A stretch of DNA of 64,000 nt from Macrostomum lignano (lineage: Eukaryota), in contig NIVC01002230.1 in NCBI GenBank assembly GCA_002269645.1, positions 62,001 to 126,000 on the forward strand, read 5' to 3'. The notes beneath the pieces were generated by a model. That model saw only the letters and a program-made list of their open reading frames with translations, made no database searches and was not told the origin of the DNA. Below, piece by piece: positions 1 through 24,753 of this stretch (position 1 is its first letter; the number at the start of each line of letters is the position of its first letter). Position numbers and translations under genes: made by a program.

Positions 1-1604
1 AGTCTCCCAGATCCTGAGTTGCTGGGCCAGCCTCCCAGATGCTCAGTTGCTGGGCCAGCCTCCCAGATCCTCAGTTGCTGAGCCAGCCTCCCAGATCCTC
101 AGTTGCTGAGCCAGCCTCCCAGATCCTCAGTTACTGGGCCGCCGCCAGCCTCCCAGATCCTCAGTTGCTGTGGCCAGCCTCCCAGATCCTGAGTTGCTGG
201 GCCAGTCTCCCAGATCCTGAGTTGCTGGGCCAGCCTCCCAGATCCTCAGTTGCTGGGCCAGCCTCCCAGATCCTGAGTTGCTGGGCCAGTCTCCCAGATC
301 CTGAGTTGCTGGGCCAGCCTCCCAGATCCTCAGTTGCTGGGCCAGCCTCCCAGATCCTCAGTTGCTGAGCCAGCCTCCCAGATCCTCAGTTGCTGAGCCA
401 GCCTCCCAGATCCTCAGTTACTGGGCCGCCGCCAGCCTCATAGATCCTCAGTTGCTGTGGCCAGCCTCCCAGATCCTGAGTTGCTGGGCCAGCCTCCCAG
501 ATCCTCAGTTGCTGTGGCCAGCCTCCCAGATCCTGAGTTGCTGGGCCAGCCTCCCAGATCCTCAGTTTCTGGGCCAGTCTCCCAGATCCTGAGTTGCTGG
601 GCCAGCCTCCCAGATCCTCAGTTGCTGGGCCAGCCTCCCAGATCCTGAGTTGCTGGGCCAGTCTCCCAGATCCTGAGTTGCTGGGCCAGCCTCCCAGATC
701 CTCAGTTACTGGGCCGCCGCCAGCCTCATAGATCCTCAGTTGCTGTGGCCAGCCTCCCAGATCCTGAGTTGCTGGGCCAGCCTCCCAGATCCTCAGTTGC
801 TGTGGCCAGCCTCCCAGATCCTGAGTTGCTGGGCCAGCCTCCCAGATCCTCAGTTTCTGGGCCAGTCTCCCAGATCCTGAGTTGCTGGGCCAGCCTCCCA
901 GATCCTCAGTTGCTGGGCCAGCCTCCCAGATCCTGAGTTGCTGGGCCAGTCTCCCAGATCCTGAGTTGCTGGGCCAGCCTCCCAGATCCTCAGTTGCTGG
1001 GCCAGCCTCCCAGATCCTCAGTTGCTGAGCCAGCCTCCCAGATCCTCAGTTGCTGAGCCAGCCTCCCAGATCCTCAGTTACTGGGCCGCCGCCAGCCTCC
1101 CAGATCCTCAGTTGCTGTGGCCAGCCTCCCAGATCCTGAGTTGCTGGGCCAGCCTCCCAGATCCTCAGTTGCTGTGGCCAGCCTCCCAGATCCTGAGTTG
1201 CTGGGCCAGCCTCCCAGATCCTGAGTTGCTGGGCCAGTCTCCCAGATCCTCAGTTGCTGAGCCAGCCTCCCAGATCCTCAGTTGCTGGGTCAGCAGCCTC
1301 TCAGATCCTCAGTTGCTGAGCCAGCCTCCCAGATCCTCAGTTGCTGGGCCAGCCTCCCAGATCCTCAGTTGCTGGGCCAGCCTCCCAGATTCTCAGTTGC
1401 TGAGCCAGCCTCCCAGATCCTCAGTTGCTGGGCCAGCCTCCCAGATTCTCAGTTGCTGAGCCAGCCTCCCAGATGCTCAGTTGCTGGGCCAGCCTCCCAG
1501 ATCCTCAGTTGCTGGGCCAGCCTCCCAGATGCTCAGTTGCTGGGCCAGCCTCCCAGATCCTCAGTTGCTGGGCCAGCCTCCCAGATCCTCAGTTGCTGGG
1601 CCAC
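1..1604. repeat. Minisatellite, ~28-bp unit (CCTCCCAGATCCTCAGTTGCTGGGCCAG)
   Basis: Tandem copies with minor variants, running off the window start. All ORFs here are repeat translations. Confidence 0.95.
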
Positions 1605-2221
1605 CGCCCATAGCCCGATCCCCTTAGCTCAGCCCATAATCCCTGTATTCCGTGTGGCTACTGTATCGTATTCATAAGCTTGTTTACCATCTGTTTTTTA
1701 TTACTGTATAAAGCAATGACGCTCTGGTTACCACAATAAGCTGTTCAATTAATAATTAGCCGGTAATTCGCGCTCTGCTCTGCGTTATTTATTGGCTTGA
1801 TTGCCGTTTGCCCCCAGCTCAAATGCACGGCGTGCTAAAAGTTTTTTTTCTTAATGCATTTCAAAATTTTTCTGTGCTTCAATTTTTTGCTTTTTGTCTG
1901 CGTTTAAATTTACTACTTATACTACTCACTATTCTCGTATAGTAGGCTATAAAGTGCATTTTGGGTTATTATGCTTTATTTAGTTGTATTATTCTTTCAG
2001 TTTGATCATTTTTGTCTTACTTCATTATTCTTTAATACTGCGCGCTGCTATCGTTTTATGACCCCACGAACCAGGAGACTGAATTCAATAAATCCAAGAC
2101 GATTTTCTTCTTTGTTCCCAGCTGCTGATTGGGACTTCTATTTGACTGTTGGATTTTTGTCTTGTATCAATTTGTTGCTTTATGAGACCAAAATAGGTCG
2201 TTTGGGGTAGATTAGGTTGCA

Positions 2222-2765
2222 AGGGATTTGGGGTCAGCTGAGGTCATTTGAGGATTGGGGTCAGCTGAGGTCATTTGAGGATTGAAGTCAGCTAAGGTCA
2301 TTTGAGGATTGGGGCCAGCTGAGGTCATTTGAGGATTAAGGTCAGCTGAGTTGAGTTCACTACGGGGTCGGGTTCAGCTGAGGTCACTATGGGGTCGGGT
2401 TCAGCTGAGGTCACTAAGAGGTCGGGTTCAGCTGAGGTCACTATGGGGTCGGGTTCAGCTGAGGTCACTAAGAGGTCGGGTTCAGCTGAGGTCACTAAGA
2501 GGTCGGGTTCAGCTGAGGTCACTAAGAGGTCGGGTTCAGCTGAGGTCACTAAGAGGTCAGGTTCAGCTGAGGTCACTAAGAGGTCGGGTTCAGATAAGGT
2601 CACTAAGAGGTCGGGTTCAGCTGAGGTCACTAAGAGGTCGGGTTCAGCTGAGGTCACTATTGGGTCAGGTTCAGCTGAGGTCGCTAAGGGGTCGGGTTCA
2701 GCTAAGGTCACTAAGGGGTCGGGGTCAGCTAAGGTCACTAAGGGGTCGGGGTCAGCTGAGGTCAT
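2222..2765. repeat. Minisatellite, ~27-bp unit (GAGGTCACTAAGAGGTCGGGTTCAGCT) just upstream of RPL35A
   Basis: Direct tandem copies, with shorter variant units at 2222-2345. Confidence 0.9.
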
Positions 2766-2829
2766 TTCGCATCCGCAAACTCCCCAACCGCCACCCGCTG
2801 CCAGTCAGCTCACACTAGCAGCCGGAGCC

Positions 2830-3213
2830 ATGTCATCCGAGCAGTCCTCCTCCAAGCAGCCGCTGAAGCTGCGGTCCCCAGGCCGCATGTACGTCAAAGC
2901 GGTGTTCACCGGCTACAAGCGCGGCCTGCGCAACCAGCACGAGAACACCGCTCTGCTGCGCATCGAAGGCGTGGAGAAGCGCCAGGACGTGGACTTCTAC
3001 CTGGGCAAGCGCTGCGCCTACGTTTACAAAGGCAAGCGGCAGACCCCCGTGCCCGGCAAAGGCAAGGAGAAGTCGCGGGTTCGCGTCATCTGGGGCCGGG
3101 TGACCCGGCCGCACGGAAATTCGGGCGCCGTGAGGGCCAAGTTCACCACGAACCTGCCGCCTGCGGCTATGGGCAAGCGGGTCCGCGTGATGCTGTACCC
3201 GTCCCGCATCTGA
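2830..3213 (+). CDS. RPL35A: 60S ribosomal protein L35a (eL33), intronless CDS, 127 aa
   Basis: ATG at 2830 (GCCATG). The protein has [30 protein letters not shown]...[12 protein letters not shown]...[21 protein letters not shown]...[11 protein letters not shown], the hallmark eL33 sequence. The upstream ORF extension is repeat-derived. Confidence 0.97.
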   Translation: MSSEQSSSKQPLKLRSPGRMYVKAVFTGYKRGLRNQHENTALLRIEGVEKRQDVDFYLGKRCAYVYKGKRQTPVPGKGKEKSRVRVIWGRVTRPHGNSGAVRAKFTTNLPPAAMGKRVRVMLYPSRI

Positions 3214-3379
3214 CTGCGCCTGACTGACCGCCCCTCACTGGCCTTGGACTGAATTTCAAATACACTAAGCGAAATGGCTGGTTTGGGCTTTGGAGTAAAA
3301 AAATTCATGAAATACTTTTTTGGTAGAAGCCTTGACTGCTTTCAATTTTTTTCTCTGGTTGCTGGCTGGCGTCAAATAG

Positions 3380-3950
3380 CTCACGAGTGTCACAAGCAGT
3401 GTCTCACGAGTGTCAGAAGCAGTGTGTCTCACGAGTGTCTCAAGCAGTGTGTCTCACGAGTTTCTCAAGCAGTGTGTCTCACGAGTGTCACAAGTAGTCT
3501 GTCTCACGAGTGTCACAAGTAGTCTGTCTCACGAGTGTCACAAGTAGTCTGTCTCACGAGTGTCACAAGCAGTGTGTCTCACGAGTGTCACAAGCAGTGC
3601 GTCTCACGAGTGTCACAAGCAGTGCGTCTCACGAGTGTCACAAGTAGTCTGTCTCACGAGTGTCACAAGCAGTATGTCTCACGAGTGTCACAAGCAGTGT
3701 GTCTCATGATTGTCTCAAGCAGTGTGTCTCACGAGTGTCACAAGCAGTGTGTCTCACGAGTGTCACAAGCAGTGTGTCTCACGAGTGTCACAAGCAGTGT
3801 GTCTCACGAGTGTCACAAGCAGTATGTCTCACGAGTGTCACAAGCAGTGTGTCTCACGAGTGTCACAAGTAGTCTGTCTCACGAGTGTCACAAGCAGTAT
3901 GTCTCACGAGTGTCACAAGCAGTGTGTCTCACGAGTGTCTCAAGCAGTGC
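3380..3950. repeat. Minisatellite, 25-bp unit (CTCACGAGTGTCACAAGCAGTGTGT)
   Basis: Direct tandem copies. Confidence 0.95.
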
Positions 3951-4306
3951 GTCTCCTCGAAAATAGAAAATATCTCCTCGAAAGTGCGAGATCGACGCTG
4001 CTCTGCGTCATGTGCCCCGGACAGCGCACCGGTTGGCGGGCGCGTCTCTCCAGCCACCCTTGTCGATGCGGCATTGTTGTCGCCTGAACCGTCGACAACC
4101 GGGGCAGGAGTCGAATCGCGGACAGCCATTGGAGGTCGCTCATTCATGTTTGCCGCGGAGGGTGCTGGAAGCCGCGGTACTGGCCGGAAAAAATCTTCAA
4201 TTCTTGTCTGACGACTCCTCGACGACTTCAGAGTTTTGCTAGTCGAAGAGCGGGCAGCATTAGAACGGGATTTTTTCGTATTCCTCTGTGTCCTTCTCGG
4301 CGCCAT
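3929..4306 (-). CDS. Putative small basic/disordered protein with a PIP box (QTRIEDFF), 125 aa; may be a first exon
   Basis: ATG at 4306 gives MAPRRTQRNTKKSRS... The motif Q-x-x-I-x-x-F-F lies at 4210-4187. The C-terminus runs into the 25-bp array. Confidence 0.45.
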   Translation of the reverse strand: MAPRRTQRNTKKSRSNAARSSTSKTLKSSRSRQTRIEDFFRPVPRLPAPSAANMNERPPMAVRDSTPAPVVDGSGDNNAASTRVAGETRPPTGALSGAHDAEQRRSRTFEEIFSIFEETHCLRHS

Positions 4307-4589
4307 GTTAACTAATGTTGGTATATTTAGTTGTGATTTAGTTGATTTCAGTGGATTTCTGACTGGCTCTTGCATCGCTTAAAATGCTTGACTGTTCTGT
4401 TCTGCTTGCTGCCATAGACTACAAGCCTGGGTGGGTGTTGTGGCTGTTACGAGTACACGCGGCCACCCCCAGTCTCTGCGCGGGCTACTTTATTCCAATT
4501 GCACATCATCTCTCGTATCGAACCCTTGGGTTAGCTCTTAAATATACATATCCCAATCAATGCCCAAGTCGGGGCCGAAGTCTTACCAA

Positions 4590-4725
4590 ATTATCTCGGT
4601 TTTGCGTCGGACTCACGACTTGAAGGTCGGGGGTTCGATTCCCGACCCCACTGGAAAGATTTGTGTCCTTAAGCAAGACACTTAACTCTGCAATGCTTCA
4701 GTTCACCCAAGCTGTAAAATGGGCA
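4590..4725 (+). mobile_element. tRNA-derived SINE, 3'-truncated copy
   Basis: B-box GGTTCGATTCC followed by GTGTCCTTAAGCAAGACACTTAACTCTGCAATGCTTCAGTTCACCC, a SINE body also present at 4725-4937 and 30485-30720. Confidence 0.65.
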
Positions 4726-4937
4726 GATGTGCAACCGACAGCTCAGCCGCAGCTATTGCGCGGCGCATCTGAAGGCTGCGTACGGCTGTTCAGTCCCAGG
4801 ACACACATCCTCAATTTCCCCAGCTAATGCTGGCACCCATTTTACAGCTGGGTGAACTGAAGCAATGCAGAGTTAAGTGTCTTGCTCATGGACACAATCT
4901 GTTCCGATTTGGTCGAGAATCGAACCCCCGACCTTTC
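4725..4937 (-). mobile_element. tRNA-derived SINE, longer copy, inverted relative to 4590-4725
   Basis: The reverse complement carries the B-box and body. It aligns over its length with 30485-30720. Confidence 0.7.
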
Positions 4938-5218
4938 AATTTTAATTTTACGTCGTGATAAAAAGCAAAGGGTGCAAGGCTTTATCCCAAAAAGATCTGA
5001 ACAACCCAAATGATGATGATGAGAAATTTCCCGAACCAACCAGCCAGTGGTTGAGAGTTTGAGGGAGGGGTGGGGGTCGGGCCTCTCGGGTCCAATCAAG
5101 CTGCCTGGGGGGGGGGGGCTTTTAACTCCGAACTGATGGTTTATTAATGGTTGAAGGCGGAATGCCACAGCATTCCAGTCAAACTGGTTATGGTTCAACT
5201 TTGTATTTGCGCTTCCGG

Positions 5219-10952
<5,734 letters not shown>

Positions 10953-11388
10953 CATATATACAATCTGTCATAATCTACTATAATATAAAATAATTTGTAT
11001 ATAAGTTTTATATTATGTTATTGAATAAATTTTTCAACACAATAATTGCATGCTGTTTCCAACTGCTTAAAGGTTTACCAGATGTGTCCATTTAGCAGTT
11101 TTCCTCAGCGCAACCTCTTCATCATTCGCACAAAGAATCAGAGAAGTGCAGGTCACAGCTAAAGTTTTCCAAGTGCTCACAGATATTCCATGCATCTTGA
11201 AAATTGACAGAGTTTATTTTTGAATAGTATGAAGCGCCATGCAAAGATCGGCAAAGTCTTCAGTCTCATTGGCATGCAGTGTCAACGAGCTGCCGATAAT
11301 TACATGTATAAAATATGTCTTCATCTCTTATAGGCAGCTGTATGAAGGACAACCCGCAGTCGGCAGAGCCTCTGAGCCCCGCCGCCGG

Positions 11389-12207
11389 TCATGGCGCCAC
11401 AGCGCACGACACGCCGATGCTGCCGAGGCTCTGCTGCAGCTGCTGACCGCCTTCGCCCGTCCGCCTGAGCTCCAAGAATGGCAGCTCCACCCTGGCCTGT
11501 CCCGGACACGGGCACCGGACATCCGGCAGCAGTCTGGGCAGCCTAGCGGCATCAGCATTGATGAAGAACTGAGGCTGCGGCGGAGCGCGGGCCAACTGGC
11601 AGCTGACGGGCCGGTAGAGCGCGCCGTGGCGGCCCAGCATGGCGTTGAGGCGGCGCAGGTCGGCGCCAGTCAACGGCTCCGGCCGCGGCGGTCTCAGCGG
11701 CGGGTGCAGCGCGGCGCAGCCGGTTCCGTGCAGGCGGGTCACCAGACGGAGGCGCTGGACGCCGGCGCCGCCGCCGCTATCCAGCGGCTCCAGAGACGCC
11801 ACGGGCAGGCGGGCGTTGCGGCAGCGGAGGTCGGGCCTGAGCTGCTCCTGTTTTTGGCCTGCTGTAACTGGGCCTGACAGGCTGCTGGCGCACTGGCAAC
11901 GCGCCTCGTAGCGCAGTGCCGGCAGCGACTTGCCCGAAGCTCCGAGGCTCTCCCAGGTCGGCGGTGCGAGCTGCTCCGGGCAGAGGCTCCGCAGGTTCTC
12001 CGCAAGCTGGTATTTGCTCTGATCCTCCACGCTGAACCTGCAGCCGGGCGGTCCGTTCATCTCCGAGCTGCTGTAGTCCACATAGCTCAGTCCGGAGCTC
12101 CCGGCGCCCCAGCCGCAGGCGGCATTGGACAAGGCGGCGGCGATGGCGGATAGCTCTGCTGCCAGAAGCAACGCCAGCAGCAATGACAGAATCAGCGGCG
12201 GATGCAT
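11389..12207 (-). CDS. Cassette A ligand: secreted intronless protein with two IL-17-like cystine-knot modules, 272 aa
   Basis: Signal peptide MHPPLILSLLLALLLAAELSA. Module 1: RSLCP...LPALRYEARCQC...CRNARLPV...HGTGC. Module 2: FINADAARLPRLLPDVRCPC...VELPFLELRR...SIGVSC. Both match the IL-17 pattern RSxxPW / DxxRxPxxLxEAxCxC / VLRR / VxVGC by eye. Confidence 0.75.
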   Translation of the reverse strand: MHPPLILSLLLALLLAAELSAIAAALSNAACGWGAGSSGLSYVDYSSSEMNGPPGCRFSVEDQSKYQLAENLRSLCPEQLAPPTWESLGASGKSLPALRYEARCQCASSLSGPVTAGQKQEQLRPDLRCRNARLPVASLEPLDSGGGAGVQRLRLVTRLHGTGCAALHPPLRPPRPEPLTGADLRRLNAMLGRHGALYRPVSCQLARAPPQPQFFINADAARLPRLLPDVRCPCPGQARVELPFLELRRTGEGGQQLQQSLGSIGVSCAVAP

Positions 12208-12909
12208 CGAGGGTCGACTGTTGCACTTTGAATGATCAACTTTGCCAAAACTGCTGGACTTTTTATTTGGCTTCCAAGCTGGGCGATTGGACCGGCTGCA
12301 GGTGTCGCTATTAATATAAGCTCTGTGCCGCCCCGGCCCAAAAAAAGTGTGCCGCCTCTGCTTTTGCTGCCCAACAACAGATTCATTCGTATTCAGAAAA
12401 GGAACCGGAATTACTAAATAATGCTAATTTTGATGCTATTTTTAGCTCCTTCGTGGCTTTTGTTTCAATTTGCAGCTTCTGTTTACAGAATTTCTGATAG
12501 CAGCTCGTAGGGCTTGCTTGCACGCCCCCCCCCGAGCTTCTTCACTGGCCAGCATTGGCAAACTTGCGCTGAAGGGAATTGTAGCATTGCACAGGTGTTA
12601 TGTATTGTTAGTTATTATTCTACAACAGATTCTGCTTAAGTTTGGCTCATGCGCCAGCAAATCCGCCTCTCTGACGAAAATGTCTCCGACTGCGCTCTTC
12701 ATGCTGTTGTCCTTGACCGTAGCCTACCTCAGCACTCCGAGAGCAGCTGGGGACCTGAGAGCCTCCATACATGCACTTTCAGAGACTTGGTGCTGTCGCA
12801 TTGAATTTCGAGGCCTGTCTTTATAGCCAAGTTGTGAGGGATCGCAGTGATTTGACTCCCACAGTCGAATGCACAGAGTAGTTTTCACGTCACCAATTTT
12901 GAAACTCCT

Positions 12910-14560
12910 TTAACCAAAGCTGGCTGCTTGCTGCTGCGAACTCTGATAGAATGCTGCCGACTTGATCACGCTTAGCTGCTGCTTCCTGTTGAGGCTGCAG
13001 TTCTGCGCAGTGCACGGGTTTTCGCTGATAATCGGCATGCGGATGCAATGTGCCCTTGCTTTCCGCACTTGTTGCAGACTGCCTGTCAAGCAGATCTGCA
13101 AGCAAATCTCAGATGCGGCAGATGTATAGTGGCGATGGTTTTCTGAGGATCGGTAGTAACGTGCACGGGTTCTGATGCTTCTTGAACGGGAGCCTTTTGG
13201 CTTGAGTTGCTCCAGGATCTTGGCCTTCATTGCTTCGTAGGTGCAGTCGTTCGCGTTGATGTCATTAGGCTTCATCAGAGACTCAACTAGTGTAAGCACG
13301 GCAGATCCGCAGGTAGTGAGGAAGACGTCCTTTGTTTGCTCACCTCTGTGTGTCAGGTAGCTTTGAGGTAGAAGGAGAATCCCCTCCGGATATGCAGTAG
13401 CCATGTCTATGAGTTTGAACTCCAACGAAGACCCCATTTGGGAAGCAGGGCTGGCACTCGGGTCAGGAGCTAGCACGCCGGATTCGAGACTGTCCTCTGA
13501 TTCTGAAGCCAGACGCTTGGAGGTAAGCATGTGACTGCTGCTGGAGCTGATTAGCTGATCTGATTGATCCTATGAAAACTATTGTCGAGATCGAATTGCA
13601 GACACTTCCGGGCGCAGGAATCATTTATCCTGTACAAAATCCGATAATTTCATGCCCAATCGTGCCAGTGCTGAAGCCCGAAGGATCTGAAAGGCCAGTG
13701 CGAATATGCAGAGACTACTTAGTGACACTAAATAGACTCATCGATGCAAACTTCCAAACCTAGAGACGCATACCCACGAGCTACAGATAGCACTGACAGA
13801 GCAAGAAGTGATGGATAAGCTTCTTCGTGATATTCCGAATGTCGCTTCGTACCAGGACGATATTATGATCGGAACACCAGGTCTAAAAGAGCATCATCGA
13901 GTTCTGTCACTGGTAAAGAGCCGATTGGCACAGTACGGCTTCCGAATCAACACCCGTAAATCGCTAAAGTGCAGAGAAAGTGTCAAGTTCCTCGGATTCA
14001 TACTTCAAGAAGGTCAACTGTACCCGGATACTGCTAGGACAAAGGCTCTGACTGAGTACCGGAGCCAACGGACAGTGCTAGCTCGTACTTTCCAAGATCT
14101 GTCTTTCTCGCTGGATTGACGTGCCTTCCGTCTTCAAGGCTTGCAGAAAGGCCTTCAAATATGCTGGCTTGCCGAAGTTTAGTCTCAGACAGCGGAACCA
14201 ATATTCGATCTGAAATTTTCTACTTTCTTCTTCTGTAACAGAGTTTCACCCACCGACAGAATCTCGACTCAATCCTACTGGTTTCACTGAGGCTGAATGC
14301 AAAGTCTTCAATGCAGTCATTTGTACAGCCGACTGAAACAAGATGTCAATCCAAGTTCAGAACTCAGTAGAAGCACCAGAATTCGAAAACCAACCCGAGA
14401 GATCGATCGTATAGTCTCCTGGTGCATTCGAACTTTGTGAGCTTTTTGTGCTTCTGCGCACTGGTTGGTGTGTTATGTACTGCCCATGGCTACTGTTTCC
14501 TGAGCAACGAAGACCCCGATATCGTTGCTACAACGATCTCGCACATCTCAAGACTTCGAC
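12910..14560. mobile_element. Decayed, rearranged Ty3/Gypsy remnant: gag on the - strand, RT/integrase fragments on the + strand
   Basis: Minus strand: FLTTCGSAVLTLVESLMKP...YEAMKAKILEQLKPK and the zinc knuckle CNKCGKQGHIASAC (~13035-13080). Plus strand: PIVPVLKP...VRICRDY (13572-13763), YQDD...VKFLGFIL (13808-14119) and a GLP...SD-like integrase fragment. Confidence 0.75.
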
Positions 14561-14679
14561 TTCTTAAACTTATAACAACAGCTTACTGTAAGTAGCACAA
14601 TATCTCTACTTACTATAGTAGTGTGATGCGAATCTTAAAGCTATCTGTATAGCACAAACTCGTGCTAGCATTCTTGTTA

Positions 14680-14940
14680 TCACCCTGGTTTTCACTCCTA
14701 TTGTCACTCCTGCTATCACTCCTGTTGTCACTACTATTTTCATTTTCGCTTCTGTTGTAGTCACTCTTGTCACTCTTGTCACTCCTGTTGTCACTCTTGT
14801 TGTCACTCCCGTTGTCACTCCTGTTGTCACTCCTGTGGTCACTACAGTTAGCAGTCCTAGTATCTCTCCCGCTGTCACTCGCATTAGCATTCCAATTAGC
14901 ACTCTTATTGTCTAATTGTCGCTCTGTGTGGGCACTCCTG
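14680..14940. repeat. Degenerate 12-bp repeat (TCACTCCTGTTG)
   Basis: Translates as SDNR repeats on the - strand. Confidence 0.7.
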
Positions 14941-15248
14941 CAGGCCATTGATACTGATGTCACTCCAATTAGCACTCGGGGGTTGGTACTCATTGAAAAA
15001 GTATCTGAATGAACTATAAAATTAACCCCATTTCTATGAGAAGTAAGGACGGATGCAACCAGCTAGTTCCAGAATCCAGAGTCCATATATTGTGTGTCAG
15101 AGCTCAGTGAATGTCAGTTTCCCCCAGAATCTCCGTTTAGAACTCCCTGCCCAAGAGATCGCAGGCTCTGGGCGGCATGTGTTGTCTGCATTTCCCGCAG
15201 CCAATGACAGGCTGACATTGCCAGCTGGGGCTGTTCAGCCGAGCCAGA

Positions 15249-15255
15249 TATAAAT
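15249..15255 (+). promoter_or_regulatory. Candidate TATA box (TATAAAT) for receptor B
   Basis: Located about 70 nt upstream of ATG 15325. Confidence 0.3.
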
Positions 15256-15324
15256 GGCAGAAATTGTTGGAAACTGCTCGCGCGGATTCAATTCAATTCA
15301 CTTCGATTCTGAGTTCTGAAAGAC

Positions 15325-23721
<8,397 letters not shown>

Positions 23722-24139
23722 GGTGCTGAAATAATTTGATAAAAAGCAAATTTGTATTATATTTTATATTTATAAACTCCATCATTTATTGATATTTCCT
23801 AATCGTCATATTAAGTTTTATACACAGTGAGAAGTTACATTTTCTGCACTGTACATACGCTCGTAGAAGCATGAAAGTGGCTACATGGGAAATTCCATGG
23901 AACCCTCAATATCCGCACCTAAGGACACTACCAGTGTTTTTATTGATATTGTTTTCCAAAAGCGAAGTCTTGTTCTAAAAATATATCGAGGTGAAATATT
24001 TGTTATTCAGCTTTATTTATGAGCAAAAATCAAATTAAAACGGCATTCAACAAGCTTTAGTCTCAGCTGCCCTGTTAAACAATGCATCAGGTTCGTGACG
24101 ACAACGGAAAATGGAAAGGAGGGGTCACAGAGCGAGAGG

Positions 24140-24610
24140 GCAGGGAGAGGGGAGAGTAGGGAGAGAGTAGGGAGAGAGTAGGGAGAGGTGAGAGTAGGGA
24201 GAGAGTAGGGAGAGAGTAGGGAGAGGTGAGAGTAGGGAGAGAGTAGGGAGAGAGTAGGGAGAGAGTAGGGAGAGGTGAGAGTAGGGAGAGAGTAGGGAGA
24301 GAGTAGGGAGAGAGTAGGGAGAGAGTAGGGAGAGAGTAGGGAGAGAGTAGGGAGAGAGTAGGGAGAGAGTAGGGAGAGAGTAGGGAGAGAGTAGGGAGAG
24401 AGTAGGAGAGAGTAGGGAGAGAGTAGGCAGAGAGTAGGGAGAGAGTAGGGAGAGAGTAGGCAGAGAGTAGGCAGAGAGTAGGCAGAGAGTAGGGAGAGAG
24501 TAGGGAGAGAGTAGGGAGAGAGTAGGGAGAGAGTAGGGAGAGAGTAGGGAGAGAGTAGGGAGAGAGTAGGGAGAGAGTAGGGAGAGAGTATGGAGAGAGT
24601 AGGGAGTAGA
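24140..24610. repeat. Purine-rich 11-bp repeat (AGGGAGAGAGT)
   Basis: Lies between receptor B and ligand B and is absent from cassette A. Confidence 0.93.
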
Positions 24611-24753
24611 AGGGAGAGCAGGGGAGAGTGGGAAATGAAGGAAAGCACCGTGAATAATAAACAGATGAAGAGTTGGGAGATGCTGGGGTGCTGACTGCTG
24701 AGGGGTCTACAGAACAGCCCACAGTCGGCAGAGCCTCTGAGCCCCGCCGCCGG

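Noticed and set aside
4590-4660. Functional tRNA gene
   Set aside because: Only a B-box and T-arm-like part is present, continuing into a SINE body. No complete cloverleaf can be formed.
4725-4815. Hammerhead or other self-cleaving ribozyme in the SINE tail
   Set aside because: GAAA and CTGAAGG occur, but no CUGANGA core with the required stems could be built by eye.
11239-11877. Plus-strand ORFs 11239-11877 and 24673-25215 as real overlapping genes
   Set aside because: They are antisense shadows of the GC-rich ligand CDS. Their ends are not conserved between copies and they show no motifs.
14613-14993. SDNR-repeat ORF as a protein-coding exon
   Set aside because: It is a degenerate 12-bp repeat with no convincing splice sites or non-repetitive domain.
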